DNA of 39,115 nucleotides from Candidatus Stahliibacteriota bacterium. GTDB taxonomy: Bacteria > Hydrothermota > Tepidihabitantia > B3-TA06. Under the pieces are notes generated by a model. The model was not told the DNA's origin. It was given only the letters and a program-made list of their open reading frames with translations, and searched no databases. How positions within the stretch are numbered: the stretch's first letter is position 1; each line of letters starts with the position of its first letter. Positions 18,746 through 26,970 of this stretch are shown here, piece after piece. The DNA is taken from contig JAUVJT010000001.1 in the NCBI GenBank assembly GCA_030592225.1, positions 1-39,115 of the forward strand. Reading direction: 5' to 3'. Both the position numbers and the translations under genes were made by a program.

Positions 18746-20803
18746 ATGGATCTTGCGAAATTACGTAATATAGGTGTAGCCGCACACATAGACGCGGGCA
18801 AGACCACCACCACCGAGAGGGTACTTTACTACGCCAAGCGCATACATCGTATGGGAGATGTTGACGACGGGTCGGCCACCATGGACTGGATGCAGCAGGA
18901 ACGGGAGCGCGGAATTACCATAACCTCGGCGGCGACCATTGTGGGGTGGAAGAATTACCGGATAAATATAATCGACACGCCCGGGCACGTGGATTTCACC
19001 ATCGAGGTGGAGCGTGCGCTCAAGGTGCTGGACGGCGCGGTGGTGGTGTTTTGTGCAGTGGGCGGGGTGGAGCCGCAGTCCGAGACGGTATGGCGCCAGG
19101 CGAACCGGTATCATATCCCGCGCATCGCGTTCGTGAATAAGATGGACCGGGCGGGCGCGGATTTCGAGCGGGTGGTAGACATGATGGGAGCGCGTTTTCC
19201 CCAGACCCCCATCCCCATACAGATACCCTGGGGCGCGGAACAGGATTTCGCCGGGGTGATTGACCTTGTGGGATGGCGCGCCATCCGCTGGAAGGACGAG
19301 ACGTTGGGAGCCGAGTTCGTGGCGGAGGAGATACCTGTGGAGTTAGCGCGGGAGGCACAGCGCTGGAGGGAAATTCTGGTAAACAAGGCAGGCGAGGAAA
19401 ACGACAGGATAGTGGAAGATTTCATGGCGGGAAAGCAGACAGAGGAGACGGTGCTCAGGGAGGCTCTGCGCAAGCTAACCCTTAAGAACGAGATAATTCC
19501 GGTGCTGTGCGGCTCGGCCCTCAAGAACAAGGGGGTGCAGCCGCTTCTGGATGCGGTTATAGATTACCTGCCGTCGCCGCTCGACGTACCGTCCATACAA
19601 GGGCACGATCCTGCCGACGAGGCAAAGACCATATGCAGACGTGCCGATCCCGAAGAGCCTTTCTCAGCCCTGGTCTTCAAACTGACCCATTCCCCGCACA
19701 TGGGACCCCTGGCGTTCACCCGGGTCTACTCCGGTGTGCTGGAAAGGGGAACGACCGTCAAAACTTTTCCGGGCGACAACCGCTCGCGCGCCACCAAGCT
19801 GCTCCTGGCCCACTCCAATCACTTCGAGGAAGTACCCAGGCTCCAGGCCGGGGAGATAGGGTTGATCGCCGGGCTGCGGCACGTGACCACCGGAACCACC
19901 CTGTGCGATCAGAAGCATCCTATCGTATACGAACTCATGCGCTTTCCTGAACCGGTCATCCACCAGTCAGTCGAACCGCGCACCACGGCTGATGAGGCAA
20001 AGCTGGGCAAGACTCTGGAAATTCTTCAGTTGGAAGACCCCACCTTTACGGTACGAACCGACCCGGAAACCGGTCAACTACTCATAAGCGGTATGGGTGA
20101 GCTGCACCTGGAGATTTTGGTTGACCGCTTGAAGCGCGAGTTCAGAGTACCGGTAAGGACAGGTAAACCGCAAGTTTCGTATCGAGAGACAGTTACCCGG
20201 AAAACGGAACACTCCTTTACCTTCTCCCGCTTAATTGGCCAGAAGACCCATTACGCCGGCGTAACGTTGAAGATGGAACACCACGAAGGGGGCAAAGACG
20301 TAAGGATAAAACTTACCCTCCCCATCCCCAGAGAATTCCTGGATGCCATGCGTCAGAGCCTTACCGATTCGTTCAGCGCCGGCCCCATGCTGGGCTACCC
20401 TATAACCAACGTGCGAGTGACGGTTACCGACGTTGACTACCGGGAGGAGGATGCCTCGGACATCGCGTTCAAGGCGGCGGCGTCCCATGCGTTTACCGAA
20501 GCGTATCAGAACGCCTCGCCGGCCCTGCTTGAGCCTGTAATGGACGTGGAGGTCATCACCTCCGATGAGTACATGGGAGACGTGATTGCAGACCTGGGTA
20601 CGCGCCGGGGCAAGGTAGAGCTGGTTGAGAACATACAGGAACACAAGCTCATAAAGGCCTTTGTGCCGCTTGCGGCAAGCTTCGGGTATGCCACCACTTT
20701 AAGATCGTTGACCCAGGGACGCGCCAGCTTTGCCATGCACTTTTCCCACTACGCCGTACTGCCCGAAGAGCTGCGCAAAAAGCTGTTCGATTACATGGTG
20801 TGA
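18746..20803 (+). CDS. fusA: Elongation factor G family GTPase (divergent paralogue, not in a str-operon context)
   Basis: G1 [18 protein letters not shown]2 [10 protein letters not shown]3 DTPGHVDF, G4 NKMDR, G5 GSALKNKGV. All five EF-G domains are collinear. The ATG at 18746 lies 8 nt after the upstream stop; the track start at 18650 overlaps the previous gene. Confidence 0.9.
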   Translation: MDLAKLRNIGVAAHIDAGKTTTTERVLYYAKRIHRMGDVDDGSATMDWMQQERERGITITSAATIVGWKNYRINIIDTPGHVDFTIEVERALKVLDGAVVVFCAVGGVEPQSETVWRQANRYHIPRIAFVNKMDRAGADFERVVDMMGARFPQTPIPIQIPWGAEQDFAGVIDLVGWRAIRWKDETLGAEFVAEEIPVELAREAQRWREILVNKAGEENDRIVEDFMAGKQTEETVLREALRKLTLKNEIIPVLCGSALKNKGVQPLLDAVIDYLPSPLDVPSIQGHDPADEAKTICRRADPEEPFSALVFKLTHSPHMGPLAFTRVYSGVLERGTTVKTFPGDNRSRATKLLLAHSNHFEEVPRLQAGEIGLIAGLRHVTTGTTLCDQKHPIVYELMRFPEPVIHQSVEPRTTADEAKLGKTLEILQLEDPTFTVRTDPETGQLLISGMGELHLEILVDRLKREFRVPVRTGKPQVSYRETVTRKTEHSFTFSRLIGQKTHYAGVTLKMEHHEGGKDVRIKLTLPIPREFLDAMRQSLTDSFSAGPMLGYPITNVRVTVTDVDYREEDASDIAFKAAASHAFTEAYQNASPALLEPVMDVEVITSDEYMGDVIADLGTRRGKVELVENIQEHKLIKAFVPLAASFGYATTLRSLTQGRASFAMHFSHYAVLPEELRKKLFDYMV

Positions 20804-20813
20804 TTAATATCAG

Positions 20814-21089
20814 CTAGGTTAAACTCTCTCCCCAATCAAACCGCAGTTCAATGCCCTGGGCATTCAGTTTTTCCTTAAGGTCTTTGTACCGCTTAAAGAA
20901 TTCACACGTCTTGGAAATCTTCCACTCGCAATAAGGGGTGCATTTTGATACGTCCTTATAGCCAACGTGGCAGTGCTTTTCGAAAAGAAAGTCACGCAGT
21001 GCATTAACCGCATCGTCAAACTGCTTCTTGGCCGGAGCGAACTTGACGATTTCCTGAATTAAACTTTCTACTCTTTCATCACCTGACAT
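20814..21089 (-). CDS. Small Cys-rich hypothetical protein (91 aa)
   Basis: ATG 7 nt after the tmk stop, with GGAG embedded (TGAGGAGTAAATG). C-H-x9-C-x3-C-x7-C spacing (KHCHVGYKDVSKCTPYCEWKISKTCEF). The region is AT-richer. I recognise no family. Confidence 0.5.
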   Translation of the reverse strand: MSGDERVESLIQEIVKFAPAKKQFDDAVNALRDFLFEKHCHVGYKDVSKCTPYCEWKISKTCEFFKRYKDLKEKLNAQGIELRFDWGESLT

Positions 21090-21096
21090 TTACTCC

Positions 21097-21726
21097 TCAC
21101 TTTACTCTGGAATTGACAAGCTGAATAACCATATTAAGTATATGCCCAAAAACAATCTCAATGGACCGAGTGCCATCTATAGCCTCAACGCTGGGAACTT
21201 TTAAACCAAGGAAGGCCTCTCTTACCATCTCAAGGTATCTTTCATTCTCAAAAAGTGTCGTTTGATTGTCGCGCCCGTTTTTTATTCTCCAAAGCCCTAT
21301 CCTGGGTGGCAAATCAAGGATAATAGTAATATCCGGTTCAGGCGCGAATTTCCTGTTCTGGTGAAGTATCTCATCCACCGTCTTACCTATTCCTCGCAAT
21401 ACTCCCTGGTATGCGGCTGTAGAGTAAAAATACCTGTCCATGATAACTATGGATTTTTCCTTCAGAAGAGGCTTTATTTTGTTGGTAACGTGATCCCTGC
21501 GATCTTTGACGAAAAGTTCTAACTCATCAGGAGGACTCAAGTTTCTGTGCTCATGCACAAGCTTCTTAATCTGCTTTCCATACTTTCTATTGGTCGGTTC
21601 CTTCAAGATTACTACTGGGTAATTCTTGGTTTCAAGAACCGCTTTTAGGAGAGCCGCTTGAGTGGTTTTGCCAGCCCCATCGATTCCTTCAAGAGCGAGC
21701 AATATTCCCTTCTTAAGTGTTTTCAT
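21097..21726 (-). CDS. tmk: dTMP (thymidylate) kinase
   Basis: P-loop LALEGIDGAGKTTQ, followed by EPT...G and a DRY-type motif (MDRYFYSTAAYQG) and the LID region. Confidence 0.9.
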   Translation of the reverse strand: MKTLKKGILLALEGIDGAGKTTQAALLKAVLETKNYPVVILKEPTNRKYGKQIKKLVHEHRNLSPPDELELFVKDRRDHVTNKIKPLLKEKSIVIMDRYFYSTAAYQGVLRGIGKTVDEILHQNRKFAPEPDITIILDLPPRIGLWRIKNGRDNQTTLFENERYLEMVREAFLGLKVPSVEAIDGTRSIEIVFGHILNMVIQLVNSRVK

Positions 21727-21807
21727 CCCTCTATACTCCCTGGGAACAGGCGACCTTGACAGATATTCTCCTCCTTGCTATATATTCTCGGAATTGAGAT
21801 ACGCCAA

Positions 21808-21835
21808 ATAATACACGACGGGGGAAGGTTGTCAA
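21808..21835 (-). promoter_or_regulatory. sigma70-type promoter of tmk
   Basis: On the minus strand, TTGACA (21835-21830), 16 nt spacer, TATTAT (21813-21808). Confidence 0.45.
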
Positions 21836-21870
21836 GGTTATACATCTTTAATTGGGTTTATTGGGAAAAG

Positions 21871-21902
21871 AAAGCGGACGCTCTAAAAGCAACATCCGCT
21901 TT
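21871..21902 (-). terminator. Putative intrinsic terminator of the TonB-dependent receptor gene
   Basis: The minus strand reads AAAGCGGA-(16 nt loop)-TCCGCTTT followed by CTTTTCCC, immediately after the stop at 21918. Confidence 0.4.
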
Positions 21903-21917
21903 CACAATCTTTGGGTT

Positions 21918-23918
21918 TTAGTAAGTAACGCTCAGCCCGCCATAGAATCGTCTTGGCGCGGTGGGATAGTCGAAGGTGCTGTAACCGCCGAAGTGTGCCG
22001 GGGTCTGGTCGTTGAGGATGTTACGGACGCCGGCTTCGATGGTGAGAATACTAAACAGCTTCTGGGATAGGGATGCGTCGAGCTTGAGGGACGGGTCAAT
22101 GGTCTTCTCCAGAACCCCGATATCGGGTGCGGTTGACCAGTCGGCGTAGTAGTTGACGCGCTCGCCTGTCCAGGCAAGGTTGGCGGCTATTTTGCCGCCC
22201 TTCCAGGCACGCACGGCAATATTGCCCTTGATGCTGAGCGACGGGATGAACGCGGCCTGACGGGTGACCTCTGCGGTTCGCGTCTGTCCTGTCATCCAGT
22301 CGGAATAGGTAACTATGGTGCGGGTTTCCGCTGCGTCGTTGTAGGCGACGCCCAGCGATCCGCTGAACAGGCCGTCGGCAATCCGCCAGTTTGTTGAAAA
22401 CTCCGCGCCCAGGACGCTAACCTGATCCACGTTTGACGGTCTCCAGAATCCTGCCGAATCGGACGACCACGAAATCATGTCCTTGATATCTTTCCATGAC
22501 CCAACCAGGGAGAACTTGAGAAAATCCAGAGGTCTTACGCCCACAGAAAGCGCTGCACTCTGTCCCTTCTCCGCAACCAGGGTTGAGTCGCCTCCTGAGA
22601 AGAAATCCGCGGGCCAGTAAAGGTCGTTGAACGAAGGCGCACGGAACGCCTGACCGTAGGCCGCTGAAACGTAGAGCATCCGTGGAACAACCTCGACGCT
22701 CAGACCGGCTTCAGGTGAAATGAAGGTTCCGTACTGAGCGGAGTTATCGAGTCTTACCGCCGCGCTCGGGGTAAAGATGCCCGCCTCAACCAATGCCTCA
22801 ACCCAGGCGCCTATCTGCATATCGGAGGCTTCCCAGGTGGTGTCCTTGAGGGTTACGTCAGTGGCGCTGTCTGCGGCAACCTGCGCGCCTTCAAACGTCT
22901 CCTGGACAATGGACGCTCCACCGGCAAGGGTGAGGAATTCGGCAATCGTTCCGGTTATCTGGAGATCGCCGCCCAGACGGGTGTCGCTGTAGTTATTGGT
23001 CGCAAGCGCGGTGTAGGTCATGAAGTCGGGATTGAAACCCTGGTATTTACAGTTGTAGGTGAAATCCTGCTGTACCGCGTAGAGAGCCAGCGAGGTGGTG
23101 AGGTTCTGTAATGGAGAGAAGGACGTTTTGAGGCTTGCAGTGAGCAGATTGTCGACCTGATTGTCGTAGAGCGATGTAACCAGCGAGTCGCCGAACGTTG
23201 GCATAACGAAGGCGGTGTCCGAAGCGTCAGGCGCAGGTCCGGGTACGCCCAGTTCGCGGGAGGTATAGCCTGCATCAACTTCGAGATGGAGCGCCTCGAT
23301 GGGGTCAACCCACAAGGCTGCATTGCCGTTGTAGCGCGATACGTCGTCGTTGTGACGGAACCCGGGGTTGGTAAGATAGGAACCGCTGGCACGCGCACCG
23401 AATATCCCGAAGCTGCGTGCGGCGCGAGCGCCCACGTTCATGCCCATTTGATCGGTGGCTCCGAAAGTTGCTGATAACCCATCTTTCTTCGATGGGATAA
23501 CGTTGAGTACCCCTCCGATGGCCGATGAGCCGTAAAGCGCGGATAGAGGTCCCTTTACGACCTCGACCCGGTCGCCCGGCATCATGGGGATAAGAGAGAG
23601 GTCTATCACCCCGTCGCGCCGGGTATTCATTGGGATACCATTTGAGAGGACGAGTACGCGGGATGCGGCAACCCCTCCCAGGAACGAGAAGGCCATGTGC
23701 CCTTCATAACCGTATGAACGCACGTCAGATGCAACGCTGCGCCCCAGGACGTCGGCCAGGTCGGTGACCTCTTCAGATTCCAGCACCTCGACCGGCCACG
23801 GGGATTTCTCGGCCGGAAGCGAGAGTCTTGTTGCGGTAATCACAACCGGCGGCAGCTCAAACACCGTATCGAGCGTCACTTGAGAAAAAAGCATGGATAT
23901 AAGCACGAGCTTTATCAC
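21918..23918 (-). CDS. btuB: TonB-dependent outer-membrane receptor, probable cobalamin/corrinoid transporter
   Basis: Signal peptide, plug region (VVITATRLSLPAEKSPWPVEVL...), GGVLNVI, a long beta-barrel and a C-terminal aromatic residue (..GGLSVTY). GTG start at 23918 with GGAG 7 nt upstream. A cobalamin riboswitch lies directly upstream. Confidence 0.85.
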   Translation of the reverse strand: MIKLVLISMLFSQVTLDTVFELPPVVITATRLSLPAEKSPWPVEVLESEEVTDLADVLGRSVASDVRSYGYEGHMAFSFLGGVAASRVLVLSNGIPMNTRRDGVIDLSLIPMMPGDRVEVVKGPLSALYGSSAIGGVLNVIPSKKDGLSATFGATDQMGMNVGARAARSFGIFGARASGSYLTNPGFRHNDDVSRYNGNAALWVDPIEALHLEVDAGYTSRELGVPGPAPDASDTAFVMPTFGDSLVTSLYDNQVDNLLTASLKTSFSPLQNLTTSLALYAVQQDFTYNCKYQGFNPDFMTYTALATNNYSDTRLGGDLQITGTIAEFLTLAGGASIVQETFEGAQVAADSATDVTLKDTTWEASDMQIGAWVEALVEAGIFTPSAAVRLDNSAQYGTFISPEAGLSVEVVPRMLYVSAAYGQAFRAPSFNDLYWPADFFSGGDSTLVAEKGQSAALSVGVRPLDFLKFSLVGSWKDIKDMISWSSDSAGFWRPSNVDQVSVLGAEFSTNWRIADGLFSGSLGVAYNDAAETRTIVTYSDWMTGQTRTAEVTRQAAFIPSLSIKGNIAVRAWKGGKIAANLAWTGERVNYYADWSTAPDIGVLEKTIDPSLKLDASLSQKLFSILTIEAGVRNILNDQTPAHFGGYSTFDYPTAPRRFYGGLSVTY

Positions 23919-23984
23919 GTAAATCTCCAGGTTGTGGGCGTAGTAGATACCCGCACCTGCCCTGCCCCGGAGCAGACACGGTAA

Positions 23985-24190
23985 GGTAGTACGACGAACA
24001 GGTTTCCTGGCTTACGGATCATCCTGTTTTCCCAACCTTCCCACCTGCTTCGCAGGTAGTGGTTTAGGACTCGCTTATGCGAGTCGAACGCGTCTTTGCT
24101 GCTCGCAAATCCGCGGGAAAAACAGTCCCCGATTACAGTGGCGGGACCGCGGCCGATTCTCACGGCCTTCCCTGACTTCCGCCGTCCAAA
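23985..24190 (-). promoter_or_regulatory. Cobalamin (B12) riboswitch
   Basis: The minus-strand RNA reads GGAAGUCAGGGAAGGCCGUGAGAAUCGGCCGCGGUCCCGCCACUGUAAUCGGGGAC ... GAUGAUCCGUAAGCCAGGAAACCUG. It contains the AGGGAA / GUGAGAAUC / GCGGUCCCGCCACUGU (B12 box) core and the 3' GCCAGGAAACCUG segment. Downstream CUCCGGG can pair with the SD region CCUGGAG. Boundaries are approximate. Confidence 0.8.
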
Positions 24191-24200
24191 TTGTTATACA

Positions 24201-24229
24201 ATAATAAGGGCGAGGGCAGGTGTTGTCAA
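24201..24229 (-). promoter_or_regulatory. sigma70-type promoter driving the riboswitch and receptor
   Basis: On the minus strand, TTGACA (24229-24224), 17 nt spacer, TATTAT (24206-24201). Confidence 0.55.
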
Positions 24230-24263
24230 GTAAAATGGGCAGACTTTGACAGGGATGCGCCCC

Positions 24264-24291
24264 TTGACATTACTTATTCCTGGACTATACT
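24264..24291 (+). promoter_or_regulatory. sigma70-type promoter of the Fic gene
   Basis: TTGACA (24264-24269), 16 nt spacer, TATACT (24286-24291). The leader to the ATG at 24404 is about 105 nt. Confidence 0.5.
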
Positions 24292-24403
24292 TAGGACACA
24301 AGGTTGGACATAACTTGAGACATCTTTAAGTATAATTTTATCGTAACTCACGGTACATCGTAGATTTATCGAGATACATTCTTGGACATTCAGGAGGACA
24401 TTT

Positions 24404-25573
24404 ATGCGGACGTATGAGCGGACACACCCGTGGCTGACATTCACTCTTGATCTGCGTAAGGCTGACCATCGGTTATGGTTGGCTCTTGGGGAAGCTCAGG
24501 CCAAATGCGAATATATCGCAGGGGTGCCTTTGAGACCTGCAACAGCCACAAACCTTCACATGATTTATTTAGCCAAAGGGGCGCTGGCAACCACAGCAAT
24601 TGAGGGTAATACCCTTTCTGAAGAAGAAGCTCTCAAGCTTGTGCAGGGGCGTTCGGATCTTCCTCCCTCGAAGAAGTATCTTGCTCAGGAAGTGGAAAAC
24701 ATAGTTAAGGCCTACACTCAGATATTCAACAATCTCTTTGTTAAGGAAGAATCCCATGCTTTTCATCTGGAAAAGATAAAAGAGTTTAACCGCCTCGCCC
24801 TGAAGAACCTAGAGTTGCCGGAAGAAGTTAAGCCTGGGGAAATAAGAAATTACTCTGTCGGGATTGCCCAATACAGGGGAGCACCGCCCGAGGATTGCGA
24901 GTATCTTTTGAAGCGTTTGTGCGATTGGTTAAACAAAGAGAAAAATAGAGTTCCTAAGGGTCAGGAAATCGCTTTCGGCCTGATTCGAGCGATCATCGCC
25001 CATCTTTATCTGGCCTGGATACACCCCTTTGGCGACGGAAATGGTAGAACCGCCAGGTTGATGGAGTTCCAAATTCTTCTGGCTGCTGGCGCTCCGACAT
25101 TAGCCGTCCATTTACTTAGCAATCACTATAATCTCACCCGGCAGGAATACTACAGGCAACTGGATCGTGCCTCAAAATCAGGTGGGGATATTTTTCCATT
25201 CCTCCAATATGCTCTGCAAGGTTTTTTAGACGGTCTGGATGAACAGATGCAGGTGATTCAAATACAAGTTCTAAATGTATCCTGGAAAGACTACATCTAC
25301 GAAGCTTTTAAGGATCAACACAGTGAATCGGCTAGAAGAAGACGTAACCTGGCACTGGATTTGTCTTACAGGGCTGAACCAGTGCCGATATCGGGAATCA
25401 GACATATCAGCCCCGGTATAGCCGAGGCCTATGCAGGAAAGACGCACAAGACAATTACGCGTGATCTTAATTCGCTTGCAGAAATGGGTCTGGTAGAGCA
25501 GACACCGGAAGGGATTCGTGCTAAACGTGAAAAGATGCTGGCTTTTTTACCCAAACGAAGAGCAGACATCTAA
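24404..25573 (+). CDS. Fic family protein (class II, internally autoinhibited) with a C-terminal winged-helix domain
   Basis: Fic motif IHPFGDGNGRTARL (HxFx[DE]GNGRxxR). N-terminal inhibitory motif TTAIEG ([ST]xxxE[GN]). The C-terminal KTITRDLNSLAEMGLVEQ is wHTH-like. RBS AGGAGG at 24392-24397. Confidence 0.9.
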   Translation: MRTYERTHPWLTFTLDLRKADHRLWLALGEAQAKCEYIAGVPLRPATATNLHMIYLAKGALATTAIEGNTLSEEEALKLVQGRSDLPPSKKYLAQEVENIVKAYTQIFNNLFVKEESHAFHLEKIKEFNRLALKNLELPEEVKPGEIRNYSVGIAQYRGAPPEDCEYLLKRLCDWLNKEKNRVPKGQEIAFGLIRAIIAHLYLAWIHPFGDGNGRTARLMEFQILLAAGAPTLAVHLLSNHYNLTRQEYYRQLDRASKSGGDIFPFLQYALQGFLDGLDEQMQVIQIQVLNVSWKDYIYEAFKDQHSESARRRRNLALDLSYRAEPVPISGIRHISPGIAEAYAGKTHKTITRDLNSLAEMGLVEQTPEGIRAKREKMLAFLPKRRADI

Positions 25574-25639
25574 GCGAAAAATAGACGCCTGTTTTATCGA
25601 AATCATCTCGCGTGTAGCTGGATATACACCACGTAGCAG

Positions 25640-26260
25640 TTACTCCCAGGTTACTTCCCAGTAGCAGCCGTCGCCGCCTTCTTTCCAGCGGCAGGATTTT
25701 TCCTTAACCTTAACTTTAACTCCGCTTAACAGTTCGCATATCTTTTCCAACCACGAGCGGATCACGTAGCAGTGCAGCTTGCCTCCCTCGTAATCGAAAA
25801 GCACAAGCACCGCGTGTTTTGCCTTCTCGTCAACGGAAAGAACCTTGAATTCTCCACAATCCTTGAATCTTGACCACAGATGGGGTATCCTTGCCGCCAC
25901 CCTGGGCATGGGCAGTAAAGCAAGGCGAGTCTTGGGAGCCCCTCCCACGTCTGCATTGGCAAGAGCCGCCCCCAGGTCTTCAAGAACCTTGCCGTTCCCG
26001 CCGCCCAGATGTTCCGCAATGCTCTCGTAAACCTCGGTTAGATACTCCAGGGGATACCACGACCACCCTTCTCCCTGTGAAAGCACCCGCGCCACCGGAG
26101 GGCGCATCTGGGAGATAAACCGCTTATAACCATCTTCCAATTGTTCATCAAGCCATTGATTGATGGTGATAAATGAGTTGCCGCGAACATTTGCCAAGAA
26201 CTCTCCTACTCCTGCTCCATACCTTAATTTTCCGGACCAATCCGTACCAAGTATAAGCAT
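25640..26260 (-). CDS. Hypothetical protein, possibly a V4R / DUF2378-like ligand-binding fold
   Basis: Soluble 206-aa protein. The C-terminal ..EKSCRWKEGGDGCYWEVTWE resembles the C-x-G-x-x-C-x-F/W ending of V4R-type domains. The functional call is weak. Confidence 0.4.
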   Translation of the reverse strand: MLILGTDWSGKLRYGAGVGEFLANVRGNSFITINQWLDEQLEDGYKRFISQMRPPVARVLSQGEGWSWYPLEYLTEVYESIAEHLGGGNGKVLEDLGAALANADVGGAPKTRLALLPMPRVAARIPHLWSRFKDCGEFKVLSVDEKAKHAVLVLFDYEGGKLHCYVIRSWLEKICELLSGVKVKVKEKSCRWKEGGDGCYWEVTWE

Positions 26261-26395
26261 AGCAACATCCTGCGTATTGTCAAGTCCGTAAACTGCAATA
26301 ACCCGGTTTTAGTTTTCTGAATGTCATCGCTCTTGCGAGCGGCTTGCTGCATTACTACCCCTTTACCCGGGAGAATCTTCGGGTATAATCCCCCT

Positions 26396-26761
26396 ATGAG
26401 TTTACCGGAACGCCGAAGAGCGCTGCCGCGCTTGAGTCTGTTATCCAGACCCGTCATCATGTCCCTGGTTGTGCTTGCCGGGCTTATCTTCAGCCTTTAC
26501 CTCTTGCGCAAACAGCAGGCGGCTCTCGATGCAACGGACACGCTCCAGGTAAGCATGCAAGGACTCAAGCTGAACGGTAAAAAGATTTCTCTGCAGCAAG
26601 TGGAGAGGAAATACTCAACTGGCGCGGCGGCGCGGCGGCTGCACGTGGTTTTTGATTCCAATATGCCGTGGGGCCAAACCTGGGGCATCCGCGACACCCT
26701 GATGGCGCTGGCAAAAAACCAGGAGAACCTGACCATAACAGGGCTTGACGAGATAAGGTAG
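26396..26761 (+). CDS. Single-pass membrane protein of unknown function (weak ExbD/TolR-like C-terminal resemblance)
   Basis: MSLPERRRALPRLSLLSRPVIMSLVVLAGLIFSLYLL is a basic N-terminus plus one TM helix. I prefer the ATG at 26396 because TATAAT (26384-26389) ends 6 nt upstream, giving leaderless geometry. The track start at 26321 has no RBS. Confidence 0.5.
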   Translation: MSLPERRRALPRLSLLSRPVIMSLVVLAGLIFSLYLLRKQQAALDATDTLQVSMQGLKLNGKKISLQQVERKYSTGAAARRLHVVFDSNMPWGQTWGIRDTLMALAKNQENLTITGLDEIR

Positions 26762-26803
26762 CCGTGTTCAAAACGCTGAAAGACAAAAATCAGCGCCCAA
26801 AAT

Positions 26804-26860
26804 AAGGTGGTCAAAAGCTGGTCAGAAGGTGGTCAAAAGCTACCCAAAAGGTGGTCAAAA
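26804..26860. repeat. Three direct repeats of AAGGTGGTCAAAA(GCT) with an exact 22-bp period
   Basis: Copies at 26804-26819, 26826-26841 (16/16 identical) and 26848-26860 (13 nt identical). The region is non-coding: the period is not a multiple of 3 and no ORF is present. Confidence 0.85.
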
Positions 26861-26970
26861 TCCGTGCTCCCGCACGTGAAATGACGACTATTCTGTAAAC
26901 AGAATTACGCTTGCGGAGTAAAGCCGCGCCTGTGTATTTGTGGGGTGAAAAAAGTCAGTCGCTGAGTTCC

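Noticed and set aside
23915-24163. 82-aa minus-strand ORF upstream of the TonB-dependent receptor
   Set aside because: It lies entirely within the cobalamin riboswitch and expression platform, and the sequence is explained by the RNA element.
26804-26860. Possibility that the 22-bp periodic repeats are a mini CRISPR array
   Set aside because: The repeat units are only 13-16 nt with 6-nt spacers, there are three copies, and there is no cas gene or leader. This is not CRISPR geometry.
26861-26885. parS-like half site (CACGTGAAA) and a small CGTGC/GCACG hairpin
   Set aside because: Only one half of the 16-bp parS palindrome is present (the left half does not read TGTTTCAC), and no parAB genes are nearby.
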